From contig NC_090375.1 of the NCBI RefSeq assembly GCF_036365525.1, positions 199,135,864-199,199,863 of the forward strand: 64,000 bases of DNA, written 5' to 3'. Position 1 is the stretch's first letter, and each line of letters starts with the position of its first letter. Below, one piece after another: positions 21,505 through 35,710 of the stretch. Source of the DNA: Heterodontus francisci. Its lineage: Eukaryota. A program made the translations under genes and the position numbers. Under the pieces are notes generated by a model, which saw only the letters and a program-made list of their open reading frames with translations, did not search any database and was not told the DNA's origin.

Positions 21505-24423
21505 CAAAGACAAAGAATAAAGAAAATTACAGGACAGGAACAGGCCCTTCGGCCCTCCAAGCCGACGCCGATCCAAATCCTCTATCTAAACCTGTCGCCT
21601 ATTTTCTGAGGGTCTGTATCTCCTTGTTTCCTGCCCATTCATGTATCTGTCTAGATACATCTTAAAAGACGCTATCGTGCCCTCGTCTACCACCTCCACT
21701 GGCAAAGCATTCCATGCACCCACCACCCTCTGCATAAAGAAATTTCCACGCATATCCCCCCTAAACTTTTCCCCTTTCACTTTGAACTCGTGTCCCCTTG
21801 TAATTGAATCCCCCACTCTGGGAAAAAGCTTCTTGCTATCCACTCTGTCCATACCTCTCATGATTTTGTACACCTCAATCAGGTCCCCCCTCAACCTCCG
21901 TCTTTCTAATGAAAATAATCCTAATCTACTCAACCTCTCTTCATAGCTAGCGCCCTCCATACCAGGCAACATCCTGGTGAATCTCCTCTGCACCCTCTCC
22001 AAAGCATCCACATCCTTTTGGTAATGTGGCGACCAGAACTGCACGCAGTATTCCAAATGTGGCCGAACCAAAGTCCTATACAACTGTAACATGACCTGCC
22101 AACTCTTGTACTCAATACCCCGTCCGATGAAGGCAAGCATGCCGTATGCCTTCTTGACCACTCCATTGACCTGCGTTGCCACCTTCAGGGAACAATGGAC
22201 CTGAACACCCAAATCTCTCTGGACATCAATTTTCCCCAGGACTTTTCCATTTACTGTATAGTTTACTCTTGAATTGGATCTTCCAAAATGCATCACCTCG
22301 CATTTGCTGTGATTGAACTCCATCTGCCATTTCTCTGCCCAACTCTCCAATCTATCTATATTCTGCTGTATTCTCTGACAGTCCCCTTCACTATCTGCTA
22401 CTCCACCAATCTTAGTGTCGTCTGCAAACTTGCTAATCAGACCACCTATACTTTCCTCCAAATCATTTATGTATATCACAAACAACAGTGGTCCCAGCAC
22501 GGATCCCTGTGGAACACCACTGATCACACGTCTCCATTTTGAGAAACTCCCTTCCACTGCTACTCTCTGTCTCCTGTTGCCCAGCCAGTTCTTTATCCAT
22601 CTAGCTAGTATACCTTGGACCCCATGCGCCTTCACTTTCTCCATCAGCCTACCATGGGGAACCTTATCAAACGCCTTACTGAAGTCCATGTATATGACAT
22701 CTACAGCCCTTCCGTCATCAATCAACTTTGTCACTTCCTCAAAGAATTCTATTAAGTTGGTAAGACATGACCTTCCCTGCACAAAACCATGTTGCCTATC
22801 ACTGATAAGCCCATTTTCTTCCAAATGGGAATAGATCCTATCCCTCAGTATCTGCTCCAGCAGCTTCCCTACCACTGACGTCAGGCTCACCGGTCTATAA
22901 TTACCTGGATTATCCCTGCTACCCTTCTTAAACAAGGTGACAACATTAGCAATTCTCCAGTCCTCCGGGACCTCACCCGTGTTTAAGGATGCTGCAACGA
23001 TATCTGTTAAGGCCCCAACTATTTCCTCTCTCGCTTCCCACAGAAACCTGGAATAGATTCCATCCGGACCTGGGGACTTGTCCACCTTAATGCCTTTTAG
23101 AATACCCAACACTTCCTCCCTCCTTATGCCGACTTGACCTAGAGTAATCAAACATCTGTCCCTAACCTCAACATCTGTCATGTCCCTCTCCTCGGTGAAT
23201 ACCGATTCAAAGTACTCATTTAGAATCTCACCCATTTTCTCTGACTCCACGCATAACTTTCCTCCTTTGTCCTTGACTGGGCCAATCCTTTCTCTGGTTA
23301 CCCTCTTGCTCCTTATATATGAATAAAAGGCTTTGGGATTTTCCTGAACCCTGTTTGCTAAAGATATTTCATGACCCCTTTTAGCCCTCTTAATTCCTCG
23401 TTTCAGATTGTGCCTACAATCCCGATATTCTTTCACAGCTTCGTCTTTCTTCAGCTGCCTAGACCTTATGTATGCTTCCTTTTTCCTCTTAGCTAGTCTC
23501 ACAATTTCACCTGTCATCCATGGTTCCCTAATCTTGCCATTTCTATCCCTCATTTTCACAGGAACATGTCTCTCCTGCACGCTAATCAACCTCTCTTTAA
23601 AAGCCTCCCACATATCAAATGTGGATTTCCCTTCAAACAGCTGCTCCCAATCTACATTCCCCAGCTCCTGCCGAATTTTGGTATAGTTGGCCTTCCCCCA
23701 ATTTAGCACTCTTCCTTTAGGACCACTCTCGTCTTTGTCCATGAGTGTTCTAAAACTTACGGAATTGTGATCACTATTCCCAAAGTAGTCCCCTACTGAA
23801 ACGTCAACCACCTGGCCCGGCTCATTTCCCAACACCAGGTCCAGTATGGCCCCTTCCCGAGTTGGACTATTTACATACTGCTCTAGAAAACCCTCCTAGA
23901 TGCTCCTTACAAATTCTGCTCCATCTAGACCTCTAACATTAAGTGAATCCCAGTCAATGTTGGGAAATTTAAAATCTCCTATCACCACCACCCTGTTGCT
24001 CCTACAGCTTTCCATAATCTGTTTACATATTTGTACCTCTATCTCACGCTCGCTGTTGGGAGGCCTGTAGTACAGCCCCAACATTGTTACCGCACCCTTC
24101 CTATTTCTGAGTTCTGCCCATATTGCCTCACAGCTCGTGTCCTCCATCGTGCCTTCCTTCAGCACAGCTGTGATATCCTCTTTGACCAGTAATGTAACTC
24201 CTCCACCCCTTTTACTTTCCTCTCTATCCCGCCTGAAGCATCGGTATCCTGGGATATTTAGTTGCCAATCATGCCCTTCCCTTAACCAAGTCTCAGTAAT
24301 AGCAATGACATCATACTCCCAGGTACTAATCCAAGCCCTAAGTTCATCTGCCTTACCTACTACACTTCTTGCATTAAAACAAATACACCTCAAACCACCA
24401 GTCCCTTTGCTTTCATCATCTGT
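21505..24423 (-). mobile_element. Young CR1 LINE with nearly intact ORF2 (APE + RT), one nonsense codon at 23896-23898, 5'-truncated at the ORF2 start
   Basis: [41 protein letters not shown]; 749-aa open frame 21586-23835; empty site in the duplicate at ~45575. Confidence 0.93.
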
Positions 24424-24666
24424 TAAAGTGCAAAAAGTCTGACTGAAGGTTTTCTTAAAGAAGGAGAAGAGTGCTGGAGAGGTGGAGGGTTCTGGGAGGT
24501 AATTTTGGAGCATTGGACCCAGATGGCTGAAGGCACGACCCTCAATGGTGAGGCAAAGGTACAAGGATCTGAAATATTCAGCCGTGGCGATAATTACTGC
24601 CTTTATGTACCGCGTGGTTTGAAATTGCGCTTTCAGAATTGGCGGTGGTTTGCAACAGCGACAATA

Positions 24667-25017
24667 TTAGATTAGATTAGAGATACAGCACTGAAACAGG
24701 CCCTTCGGCCCACCGAGTCTGTGCCGAACATCAACCACCCATTTATACTAATCCTACACTAATCCCATATTCCTACCAAACATCCCCACCTGTCCCTATA
24801 TTTCCCTACCACCCACCTATACTAGTGACAATTTATAATGGCCAGTTTACCTATCAACCTGCAAGTCTTTTGGCTTGTGGGAGGAAACCGGAGCACCCGG
24901 AGAAAACCCACGCAGACACAGGGAGAACTTGCAAACTCCACACAGGCAGTACCCGGAATCGAACACGGGTCCCTGGAGCTGTGAGGCTGCGGTGCTAACC
25001 ACTGCGCCACTGTGCCG
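24667..25017 (-). mobile_element. HE1-like V-SINE (tRNA head, V domain, CR1-type tail)
   Basis: TGGCGCAGTGG A box, GTTCGATTCC B box, CTCCGGGTGCTCCGGTTTCCTCCCACA core, (CTAAT)n tail; absent at the orthologous A3 site (~53122). Confidence 0.85.
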
Positions 25018-25700
25018 TCTGTCAGTTTTGACAGACAATTTACAGCCAGGAAATTCCTTCCAGCACTTTCTGTCACAATTTATTGGTGAGCAGGAGAACA
25101 AAGCGAATGTCAGATTGCACTGCGATGGAGCTCCTGACCCATCAATATTTCAGCCACAGGCCCAAACTCAGCTACCTGGGAATCTGGATGACACGGTCAC
25201 AGAGATTATTGGCTCTCTTGAATCGCTGCAGTGTGTGTGTTGATGGTTCCCCCACAGTGCTGTCACGCAGGGAGTTCTAGGATTTTGACCCAATGATGTT
25301 GAAGGAATGTTCAAGTCCGATGGTGATGCTGTTCCAATGCGTTTGCTGCCCCAGTCCTTGCAGCTGGAAGTCGCTGGTTTGGGATTTGCTGTCGATTTGA
25401 TCACCTTGTATCACAATGTTAAATATGCAATGGAAAGAACGAACCGAATTTTGCTTTTATAAAACCTCCTAAAAGTGTTTGAAATTCAATGGAGGTTTCA
25501 TTCTACATAATAAATCATAAATACATGTAACATTAGAAGTCTGACTTAAAGGTGTGACTTGTGTCAGATGCTACATATATACTAGCAGAGAACAGTATGA
25601 ACAGGAAGTCGAGTCACACGTGGAATGTTGTGTGAGAGTCATTGCCCTATATATTTTATCCAAATGTTAATACAAGTGTCTCACACCTCAGACAGGCAAC

Positions 25701-26127
25701 ATGTTGCTGTGTTGGGTTGTTTTCGTGACATTGTTTCCACGTAAATGGATTTATTATTTAACTACGTTTCATTTGTTTTATTCAGACTGTAAAACTATTT
25801 GTAATCTGGTATTTCCTTCCCCACAGATGGATGTTTTGCTCAGGATTTGAAACAGAAACAACTGTCAGTCACCGTGGGTAATGGGAGAAGGACTACAATT
25901 ACGTGTGAGCTGGGTGAATCAGTCAGTGCTTCCGTTATCCATTGGTACAAACAGGCAGCGGGACAGCAGCCCGTTCGGATGCTCTACTACGATAGGTATG
26001 TTCGTCGGGATGACGGATTCGATAAAAGGTTTTCAACAGAGAAGAGTGGAGCCAAACAATATGTTCTGCGTATTAGCGATGTAAAGGCAGAAGATACCGC
26101 CACCTATTACTGTGCCTATTGGAAACG
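25701..26127 (+). CDS. TRGV: T-cell receptor gamma V gene, family A copy 2 (leader 25701-25740, intron 25741-25826, V exon 25827-26127)
   Basis: MLLCWVVFVTLFP/HGCFA leader; TCELG...VIHWYKQ...TATYYCAYWK in frame. Confidence 0.92.
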
Positions 26128-26166
26128 CACAGAGTTAAACAGCAATTCAATCCGCTTACAAAAACC
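26128..26166 (+). other. 23-RSS
   Basis: CACAGAG, 23 nt, ACAAAAACC. Confidence 0.92.
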
Positions 26167-26989
26167 CTCAACACTGCAATTCAAACATCACCAAAACCAC
26201 ATCCGACTCAACTGAAAACTGCCGAAATCCTCCTCATTCAGTTCAAGGTTTACTCTCTCGCATATCATAAAAATTACACAAAGTAAAGAGCTACCCTCAC
26301 CGAATTGTCCATTCCTTTACCTTTAGATCCGACATGGAACATCACAGGAGAAGAGGACACAGACAGTGCAATCGGGTAAAATATCCTGTTGATTCTCTCC
26401 CCAGACGGTAGCCAGGCGGTGCCCAGCACGGCACTGACCCTGTCTGAGTCTTGCTCACCCATCACCCCATTGTTTTCCAGCCGCAATTGGTTCTCTGGCT
26501 CTGAAACAATCGAACTGGAAATCTTGATCCTCATTTACAAATCCTCCTCTACTCTACCTCTGCAACTTTCCCTACTTTATATCCCGGGCCATGCCATTTG
26601 GTCCTCCCACTCTGGCCTCTTGTACCTCTCTGTTCCATCAATTTTCAGCCTCGAAAGTCTACACGTTGGGATTCTTTTGCGAAACTCCCCCCTTCCTACC
26701 TTTTCCTCCAGCTTCAGAGGTTTCCCCAGAAGCGATCTTTTTGACTCGTTACAAATGAAGCATAACTTCCTCACTTTTCAGCCGTCTCGGTTGACTCATC
26801 CACTCCTGTTTAACTGTCATATCCCCTTTATTTGCATCTTGATTTGTTTTTAAATTAAAGGTAAATGAATAGGAACATTGGAACATGAGGAGACCACTCA
26901 GCCCCATGAGTTTACTCCACCATTCAATTAGTTCATGGTTGATCTATATTTCATAGGAACATAAGAGCAGGAGTAGCAGGAACTAGAAC

Positions 26990-27603
26990 CCCTACATATG
27001 CACACAGACAGATGAACCAGGACACATTACTGATATGATAGCCTGGGCTGTTAGAACATCAAACAGCCTGTCTACAACCACTCAACACTCAGGGACAATG
27101 GCCTCTTGAAATATGTGTGAATGGTTTCCTTCTTGCCTTATCAAGATGCAGATATCACATCCATGGGTGGTTTACACCTACGAACGCCTCCCTGCTGAGA
27201 GCAGGATATGACCACATGCAGGTGGTCTTGCATAGCCAGGCTAGGATTAATAAGGCACTGAAACCCAATCGGACCCAATTCAAAATATTACCCGGGTCAG
27301 AAAGGGGGAATAAAGCCACAGATCACAAGGACATTGTTGCTGCAGCTGGGAAGTGCGACATGGTTAGTCACAGGAAGACATGCAGAAGACATCATTCAGT
27401 GAAACTGACTGCCCAGGAACGAGTTTCTGTATGTGGGTCTGCTAAGCAACTGATGTTGTCAGTGTATACTATTGCTTGGTCAGTTAATAAATGTGTTCCA
27501 CATAAAGTGAAAATTGTATCCAAAGTCTGTTTTGTGTGATTGATGCTCAGGATAGGGTCAGAACCTTAGAGAGAAGTGAGACCCCTCTTTTAAGAGTCTT
27601 ACA
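26990..27603 (+). mobile_element. 3' part of the same LTR as 4059-4888 (duplicated copy, 5' part deleted)
   Basis: Colinear with ~4275-4888; ends TCTTACA. Confidence 0.7.
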
Positions 27604-28117
27604 GCTCACAAGCCACGAATGTAAAACTAACTAGCCAGAGTGGTTTCTAGGTCTGTCCTTACATCATTTCTTGAATAAAGGTGTCACATCTGCCACTCTC
27701 CACTCCTCTGGTCCCTCCACCTTATCTAGGGAAGATAGGAAGATTTTGGCAAACCCTTCCACTATCTACACTCCCACTTTCTTTACCAACTTGAGATGCA
27801 AGCCATCCAGACCAGGTGATTTATCTACCCTAGTGTAGCCAATCATTTTAGTACCTGCCCCTCTCAAGCTTTACTCTATACATTGCCTTTACTCGGTCCA
27901 CTTCTACTGATATTTTGTCAGATTCCTCTTCCTTCGGAAACACAAATACAAAGTACACATTAAGTATTCTTGCCTTGCCCTTTGCCTCCAAGCACAATTA
28001 CTGAAATTAGCTTTTAACTCCAGATGTATTTAATTAACTGAATTTAAATTCTTCAGCTGCTGTTGTTGGATTTGAACTCATAATTCCAGATAATTAGTCC
28101 AGAACTCTGCATTGCTA

Positions 28118-31100
28118 TAATAAAAGCAAAATACTGCAGATGGTGGAAATATGGAATAAGAACAGAAAGTGCTAGAAATACTCAGCAGGTCTGGCAGCGT
28201 CTGTGGCGAGAGAAGCAGAGTTAACGTTTCAAGTATGTAACATTTCATCAGGATTTGAGCAAGTGAAAGGGGGGCAGGGGAAGAAAATCAAAAGGGAAGG
28301 TGTGTGGCCGGGCAGTGCGCAGGAGAGATTAGCAACAGCGATGCTACAGAATTAAAGACAAAGGAAGTCCTAATAGTTACAGTAAAAACAAAGCATTAGT
28401 CCAGAGAGAATGTTAATGGCAGAATAATGAACAGCTCTATACAAGAACAAAAACATGAAAAACAAGTTTAAGACAGGCACCTTGTTAATAAATAAAATAA
28501 ATACATTTTTTAAAAGATTAAAATGGCAGTCATACTCTGAAACTGTTGAATTCAACTTTGAGTCCAGAAGGCTGCATAGTGCACAATCGGAAGATGAGGT
28601 GCTGTTGCTCAAACTTACATACAGCTTCGCTGGAACACTGTGGCAGGCAAAGGACAGGAATATAGACATGAGAACAGGGTGGTGAGTTAAAGTTGCAAGC
28701 AACTGGAAGCTATGGGACATGCTTGACAACTGAGTGGAGGTATTCTGCAAAGCGACCACCCAATCTGGACATTGTTGAAATGACATAGGACATCAGAAGA
28801 GTCACAGTAGGTGGGAAAAGACAGGACAAGGGGAGAAAAATACAGTCAAGATAGGAAGAAACAAGTTCATTGGGGCAGAAAATGGCTGATGGGTCTACCA
28901 GGACAGTCCTGTTTGTGGCCTATTCAAGATTGCAGGACAGTGAAGTGGGATGCTGTCGAGGGATGATCTCCAGAGAAGATGAGTTTGCTGACAGTCCTGG
29001 AGACAATGGCTTGATGTTTAATGGTAGGGTCATGGACCAGGGGGAGGTAGGAAGATGTGTCTGAGACTTGGCACTCTGCCTCTGCAAGGTAGAAGCCGGT
29101 ACACCAGACAACAACAGCACCACCCTTGTAAGTGGGTTTGATCATAGTGGGGTGAGACCTGAGAGAAGGGAGTGCAGCAAGTTCAGAGGGAGGCAGTTTA
29201 GAGTAAGTGAGGGAAATTAAGACAGCCAATGTCACGCCAACAGTTCTCAATGAAAAGATCAAGAGCAGGTGAGAGGCCAGAGGGAGGGATCCAGATAGTG
29301 GTAGAGTACAGCAGGTGGGTGAATGGGTCTGCTAGTTGGCAGATGACTCCTGGCCAACGAAGCCGATGGAGGAAGAGATCAACATCGTGCTGAGCATGAA
29401 ATTAATTGAGGTGGGCATTAGGGAAGGGTGGTGAATTAAAATGACAAGCGACCAGAAGCTCAGGGTTATGCTTGTGGACTGAGTGGAGGTGTTCCACAAA
29501 GCAATCACGCAATCTGTGTTTGGTCTCTCCAGTGTAGAGGATACTGCATTGTGAGCAGCAAATGCAGTATACAAAATTGAAAGAAGTACATGTAAATTGC
29601 TGCTTCACTTGAAGGAATGTTTGTGGCCTTGGATAGTGAGGAGAGAGAAGGAGAAAGGACAGGCATTACACCACTTGTGATTGCATGAGAAGGTGCCGTG
29701 CAAGGCGACGAGGTGTCGGGGTGATGGAGGAATGGACCAGGGTGTTATGGAGAGAACAGTCCCTTCACAATGATGATAGATGAGGGGAGAGGAAGATGTG
29801 TTTGGTGGTGGCATCACACTGGAGGTGGTGGAAATGGTGGAGGATGACCCATTGGATGTGGAGGCTGCTGGGGTTGAAAGTGAGGAAAAGAGGAACTCTA
29901 TCGGGGTTCTGGGAGGGAGGGGAAAGGGTAAGGGCAGAAGTGCGGGAGATGGGTTGGACACGGTCAAGGTCACAGTCAACAAAAGAGGGGGTGGGGGAGG
30001 GAATCCTCTGTTGAGGAAAAAGGAAGACAAATCAAAAGAGCTGTTGTGGAAGCCAAGTTGATGACGTTTTCCAGTTCAGGTCGAAAGGAGGAAATGACAG
30101 CGATAGAGTCATCAATGTACCAGAAATAGAGTTGGGAATGGGGCCTGAGTAGGACGGCTGCAAGGAGTGGTCGACATACTCCACAACAGGACAGGCATAA
30201 CTAGGACCCATATGGGTATCCATAGCAACACCTTTAATTTGGAGGAAGTGAGTGGAGTTGAAGGAGAAGTTGTGCAATGTGAGAACAAGTTCAGTCAGGC
30301 AAAGAAAAGTGGTGGGGATGGGGACTGTTGGGGCCTCTATTCAAAGAAGATACCGAGATCTCTTAGAATATCCTGGTGGGGGATGGAGATACCGTGAGAT
30401 TGGACATCCATAGAGAACAGGAATCGGTTAGGGCCAGGAAACTGGATATTGTAGAAACGACGAAGAGCGTCAGAAAAGTCACAGATGTAGGTGGGAAGAG
30501 ACTGGACTAGGGGAGAAAAAATAGAGTCAAGATGGGAAGAAATAAGCTCAGTGCGGTCAGAACAAGCTGAAACAATGGGTCTACCAGGACAGTCCTGCTT
30601 GTGGATTTTGGGAAGGAGGTAGGAGCGGGCTGTTCGAGGCTGTGGGACTATGAGGTTGGAAGCTGTAGAGGGAAGATCTCCAGAAGGGATGAGGTCAGTG
30701 ACAGCCTTGGAGACAGTGGCTTGATGTTGGGTGCTGGGATCATGGTCCAGGGAAGGTCGGAAGAAGTTTCTGAGAGTTGGTGCTCAGCCTCTGCAAGGTA
30801 GAGGTCAGTATCCCGGACAAAAACAGCACTACCCTGTCAGCAGCATTGATCACAATGTCAGGGTGAGACCTGAGAGAACAGAGTGCAGCATGCTCAGTGG
30901 GAGACCGGTTACAATGAGTGAGGGGAGCAGAGAAATTAAGACGGTTGATGTCACGCCAACAGTTCTCAATGAAAAGTTCAAGAGTGGGCAAGAAGGGAGA
31001 AGAAGGGGTCCAGATGGAGGTACAATACTGGAGGCAGGTTAATAAGTCTGGTACAGGGAGGACTTCTGGCCAAAAAAGTGTGCCAGAGGCGAAGGCGACA

Positions 31101-32367
31101 GAAGAAGTGGTCAACGTCATGCCGAGCAAAGAATTTATTGAGATGGGGGTGTCCTTTGCTAAGTTGAGATCATTCAGTATCAGCGAGGGGAAGATCAGAA
31201 AGTATTGTGAATAGATAGCGTGGTGTGGGATTTGGAGAATGGATGAGGTCAAAGGGAAGTGAAGGGGAAGAAAGTTTGGGAGGGCCATTGGGTCCCATGA
31301 GCTGCTGGTGCTTGCATTCCTTAACACTTGAAAGGAAGAGAAAAAGATTTTTGTTAATGTGTCGGATAAGATGAATGATGAAATGAAACTGCAGAACAGG
31401 ACAGCTTTGAGATAGGGTGAGTTGGTCTTACCTCCCCTGGTGCATGGCACTGAGCGTGGATCTCAGGATGCAGCGAGAACAGCAGACCCCAGGAATGTTG
31501 TATATCTCGGAGATACCTGTAATCCTGGGTGGATTCAAAACATGAAAGTTGGAACTTCAGTTGGAATCCACGTGGAATAATTCAGAGCCGGAGACAGTCA
31601 ATGAGGAAGGAGATGTGGCTTGGAAAACAAATTTTGCGACACAGCTTCTCAAACACCAGGAGGGAAATGGGGAGCGATGAAGGTAAATAAGGTAAAGGAC
31701 AAATGGAAATCCTATCAGAAATAAGAGCAGAATTTCTTCAACGTAGGCATTCTTAGAAGAGAAGTGGAAGTGAATTAAAGACTAAAATTAAAGCAAAATA
31801 CTGTGGATGCTGGAAATCTGAAATAAAAAACTGAAAGTGCTGGAAATATGCAGCTGGTCTGGCAACATCTGTGGAGAGCTCAACAGATTTAACGTTTCAG
31901 GTCTTTGATTTTTCATCATAACTGACTTAGAAATGTAATTGGCTTTGAGCAAGTGAAAGGGGTGGGGGTGGAAGAAGAACAAAAGGAACGGTGTGTGATA
32001 GAGGAGAGGACAGGAAAGATTAATGACAGAGATGTCACAGAACAAAAGAGAAAGGGAGTGCCAACAGTTGTAGTAAAAGACAAAACATTAGTCCAGAGAT
32101 AGTGTTAATGGCAGAATATTGATCAGCTCTGTTCAAAAGGAAAAGTATGAAAAACAAGTTTAAGATTAGAACGTGGGCATTTAAAAAATAAAATTGAAAG
32201 AAAGAAATCTATAAATAATAGGGCTCGTGGTCTGAAAATGATTGAACTCAATATTGAGTCCAGAAGACTGTCGAGTGCCTAATCAGAAGATGAGGTGATG
32301 TTGTTTGAGTTTGCGTTGAGCTTCAGTTGAACACTGCAGCAGGCCCAGGGCAGAAATGTGGGCATGA
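28118..32367 (-). mobile_element. Near full-length degenerate Penelope element in partial-tandem arrangement (upstream 3' fragment + pLTR 32367-31787; ORF region 31780-29400; 3' end + pLTR 28770-28118)
   Basis: NFSFNSTHFLQIKGVAMDTHMGPSYA RT motif, GIY-YIG FVYCICCSQCSILYTGETK, pLTR motif at both ends; CTGATGA/GAAA core intact at 28251-28227. Confidence 0.75.
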
Positions 32368-32966
32368 CCCGGGCATCCTGAAATCCAGAAATTTCTATCT
32401 TGCTGGGGATGTTCACCACAGCTCAGAGTAATCGATCTGCTCTCTTGCTGAAGCGTTTCATGCCCAGAGCATCAGGATCACAAAAGGTATTATAATTCAT
32501 ATAAATGCGGGTTCGGAGTGTCTATGTCTTTGTCGAGTGTAACTATATTCGGAGAGTGAAACGAATTCACTGTTAAGTTTGATCCAGTCCTGGGAAATAG
32601 GTTTACCTCTTCCCACTGTCTCTCCCCCTCCAATCTGACTGCACACACCTCCCAGCTGGTTCAAACAGATGAACTCAGAGCCATTCATTTCCCATTTAAA
32701 AGTTCGCAATCCAAATTGAATTTTGAATTAACAATTTACGCGACTGTAGAATCAATGGAAACAAATAAAAAACAACAGAACGAGGTGAGTTATCACACAG
32801 AGAGTGACAGGTCTCACATTTTATTCTGTAGAGTGACTGTAAACTGGGCGGGTTTTCTGCCGATAGGAAATTCGCGCCATTGGACTGATTATAGGAGGAG
32901 GGGGCGGGGCAGAATGGACCCGGTCTTCAACATTTATAACCGTGAGAGCAACCGAGTACCGAGCGG

Positions 32967-33408
32967 ATGGGTCACTGCACGATGTTCTGGGTGATAGTGA
33001 CGCTATTTTTACCCAGTGTGTGCTTATATTTATTTATTTATATGTTATGTCTGTCCAGCATTCTTTATCAAGTGTTCATCATTTTCAAATCAGATAATTT
33101 TGCGCATTTTTTCTAGGTGGGTGTTTTGCCCTGTCTGTAACACAGACTGCAATATCAATAACAAGAAGCCCCGGTAAAAGTGTCAGATTTCAGTGTACGG
33201 TAAGCGGAGGGAGCACCGTGATCCATTGGTACCAGCAGAGACCCGGTCAGGCGCTCGCCAGAATCCTCTATTATGACAAGAGCCTCACTCGGGATCCGGA
33301 ATTCAGCTCCAGGTTCAAAGCAGACAACAATAACAATGTGTGCACTTTAATAATCAATAACATCGCGGAGGAAGACTCTGCCACTTATTACTGTGCCTAT
33401 TGGGACAG
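32967..33408 (+). CDS. TRGV: T-cell receptor gamma V gene, family C (leader 32967-33015, alternative ATG 32982; intron 33016-33116; V exon 33117-33408)
   Basis: MGHCTMFWVIVTLFLP/SGCFA; LSVTQTAISITRSPGKSVRFQCTVSGGSTVIHWYQQRPG...DSATYYCAYWD; GC box at 32901-32910 upstream. Confidence 0.9.
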
Positions 33409-33447
33409 CACAGTGCTGAACAGAGACAGAAACCCTTATCAAAAACT
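33409..33447 (+). other. 23-RSS with variant nonamer
   Basis: CACAGTG, 23 nt, TCAAAAACT. Confidence 0.88.
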
Positions 33448-33689
33448 CGGGCGTTTCAGCTCGCTCCCCCGACAGCTACCACTCAACCAACGACAACTTA
33501 CATTTATATATGTCTTTAACGTAATTTAAACTTTCAAGATGGATAGATTTTTGTTTAGGAGTATGAAAGGATATGGAGCAAAGGCAGAAAAATGGAGCTG
33601 AGGGACGGACCAGCCATGATCAGACTGTACAGTGAACAGGCTTAAAGGGCTGAATGACCTCTCCCTGTTTCTGTGATCCACAAGAAATG

Positions 33690-35710
33690 ATAGGGTCATA
33701 GAGTCGTACAGCATAGAAACAGGCCCTTAGGCCCACTGCGTCCATGCCGGCCATAATGCCTATCTATACTAATCCCACCTGCCTGCATTAATTCCATATC
33801 CCTCTATGCCTTGCTCATTCAAGTACCTGTCCAGATGCCTATTAAATGACGCTACTGTTTCTGCCTCCACCACCTCCTCAGGCAGCACATTCCAGATACC
33901 CACTATTGTTTGTGTGAAAAATTTACCCCTTTGATCCCCTTTAAAGCTCCTCCCTCTCATCTTAAATGTATGCCCTCTAGTTTTAGTCACCCCTACCATG
34001 GGAAACAGACTCTGGCTATCTACCCTATCTATGCTTCTCATAATTTTATATAGCTCGATCATGTCCCCTCTCAGCCTCCTTCGCTCCATGGAAAACAGAC
34101 CCAGCCTATCCAATCTCTCTTTATAACTCAAGCCCTCCAAACCAGGCAACATACTTGTGAATTTTTTCTGCACCTTCTCGAGCTTAATCACATCTTTCTT
34201 GTAGTGCGGTGACCAGAACTGCACACAGTACTCCAAATGTGGCCTAACCAATGTTACAGCTGTAACATGACGTCCCAACTCTTGTACTCAATGCCTCAGC
34301 CGAGAAAGGCAAGCATGCCATATGCCTTCTTCACCACCCTGTCTATCTGTGTTGCCACTTTCAGGGAACTATGTACTTGCACCCCAAGGTCTCTCTGCTC
34401 AAGAACTCTCCCCAGGGCCCTGCCATTCACTGTATATGTCCTGCCCTGGTTTAACTTCCCAAAATGCACCATTTCACACTTGTCTGCGTTAAATTCCATT
34501 TGCCACTCCCTTGCCCACTTTCCCTGTTGATCTATATCCTGTTGTAACCTTAGACAACCTTCTTCACTGTCCACTTGGTGTCATCTGCCAACTTACTAAT
34601 CATGCCCTTTACATTCACATCCAAGTCATTAATATATATGACAAACAACAGAGGGTCCAGTACCGATCCCTGTGGCACACCACTGGTCACCGACCAATCT
34701 GAAAAACAACCCTCCACTACCACCCTCTGCCTCCTATCACCAAGCCAATTTTGAATGCAATTGGCTAGCTCACCCTGGATCCCATCTGTTCGAACTTTCT
34801 GGACCAGCATATCATGCGGGGACTTGTCAAAGGCCTTGCTGAAGTCCATGGACACAACATCCATCGCCCTGCCCTCGTCAATCCTCTTGGACACCTCCTC
34901 GAAAAACTCCATCAAATTCGTGAGACATGATTTCCCATGCACAAAGCCATGCTGACTATCCCTAATCAGACCATGCCTTTCCAGATGCATATAAATCCTG
35001 TCTCTCAGAATCCCTTCCAATAACTTTCCCACCACTGATGGAAGGCTCACCGGCCTGTAGTTCCCTGGCTTATCCCTGCTGCCCTTCTTAAATAAAGGCA
35101 CAACATTAGCTATCCTCCAGTCTTCCGGTACCTCACCTGTGGCTAATGATGTTACAAAAATCTCTGCCAGGGCCCCAGCAATCTCCTCCCTTGCTTCCCA
35201 TAGCATCCTAGGATACACCTGGTCAGGCCCTGGGGATTTATCCACCTTAATGCGCTTCAAAACCTCCAAAATCTCCTCCTTTGTAATGTTGAAATGCTGC
35301 AGGATATCGGTCTTCCCTCCCTTGAACTCACTAGCTTCCATGACTTTCTCCATGGAAAATACGTACGAGAAATATTCATTTCAGGCCTCGCCCATTTCCC
35401 GTGGCTCCACACATAGATTGCCACACTGCTCCTTAAAGGGACCTACTCTCTCCCTCGCTACCCATTTACTCTTAACATACTGAGAGAATCTTTTAGGATT
35501 CTCCTTTATCTTATCTGCCAGGGAAATCTCATGGCCCCTCTTCACCCCCCTAATTTCCTTCTTAAGTGTAGTCCTAAAGTCCTGGAAAGACTCGCTTGAT
35601 CCGAGCTACCTATACCTGACCAATGCCTCCTTCTTTGTCCTGACCAGACCCTCAATATCCCTCGTCAACCAGGTTCGCTAAACCTGCCAGCCTTGCCCTT
35701 CCATCTAACA
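33690..35710 (-). mobile_element. 5'-truncated CR1 LINE with frameshifts
   Basis: [42 protein letters not shown] spread over three frames. Confidence 0.88.

Noticed and set aside
23896-24564. N-terminal 47 aa of the 222-aa ORF as part of CR1 ORF2
   Set aside because: Derives from flanking DNA beyond the insertion boundary at 24423, as the empty paralogous site shows
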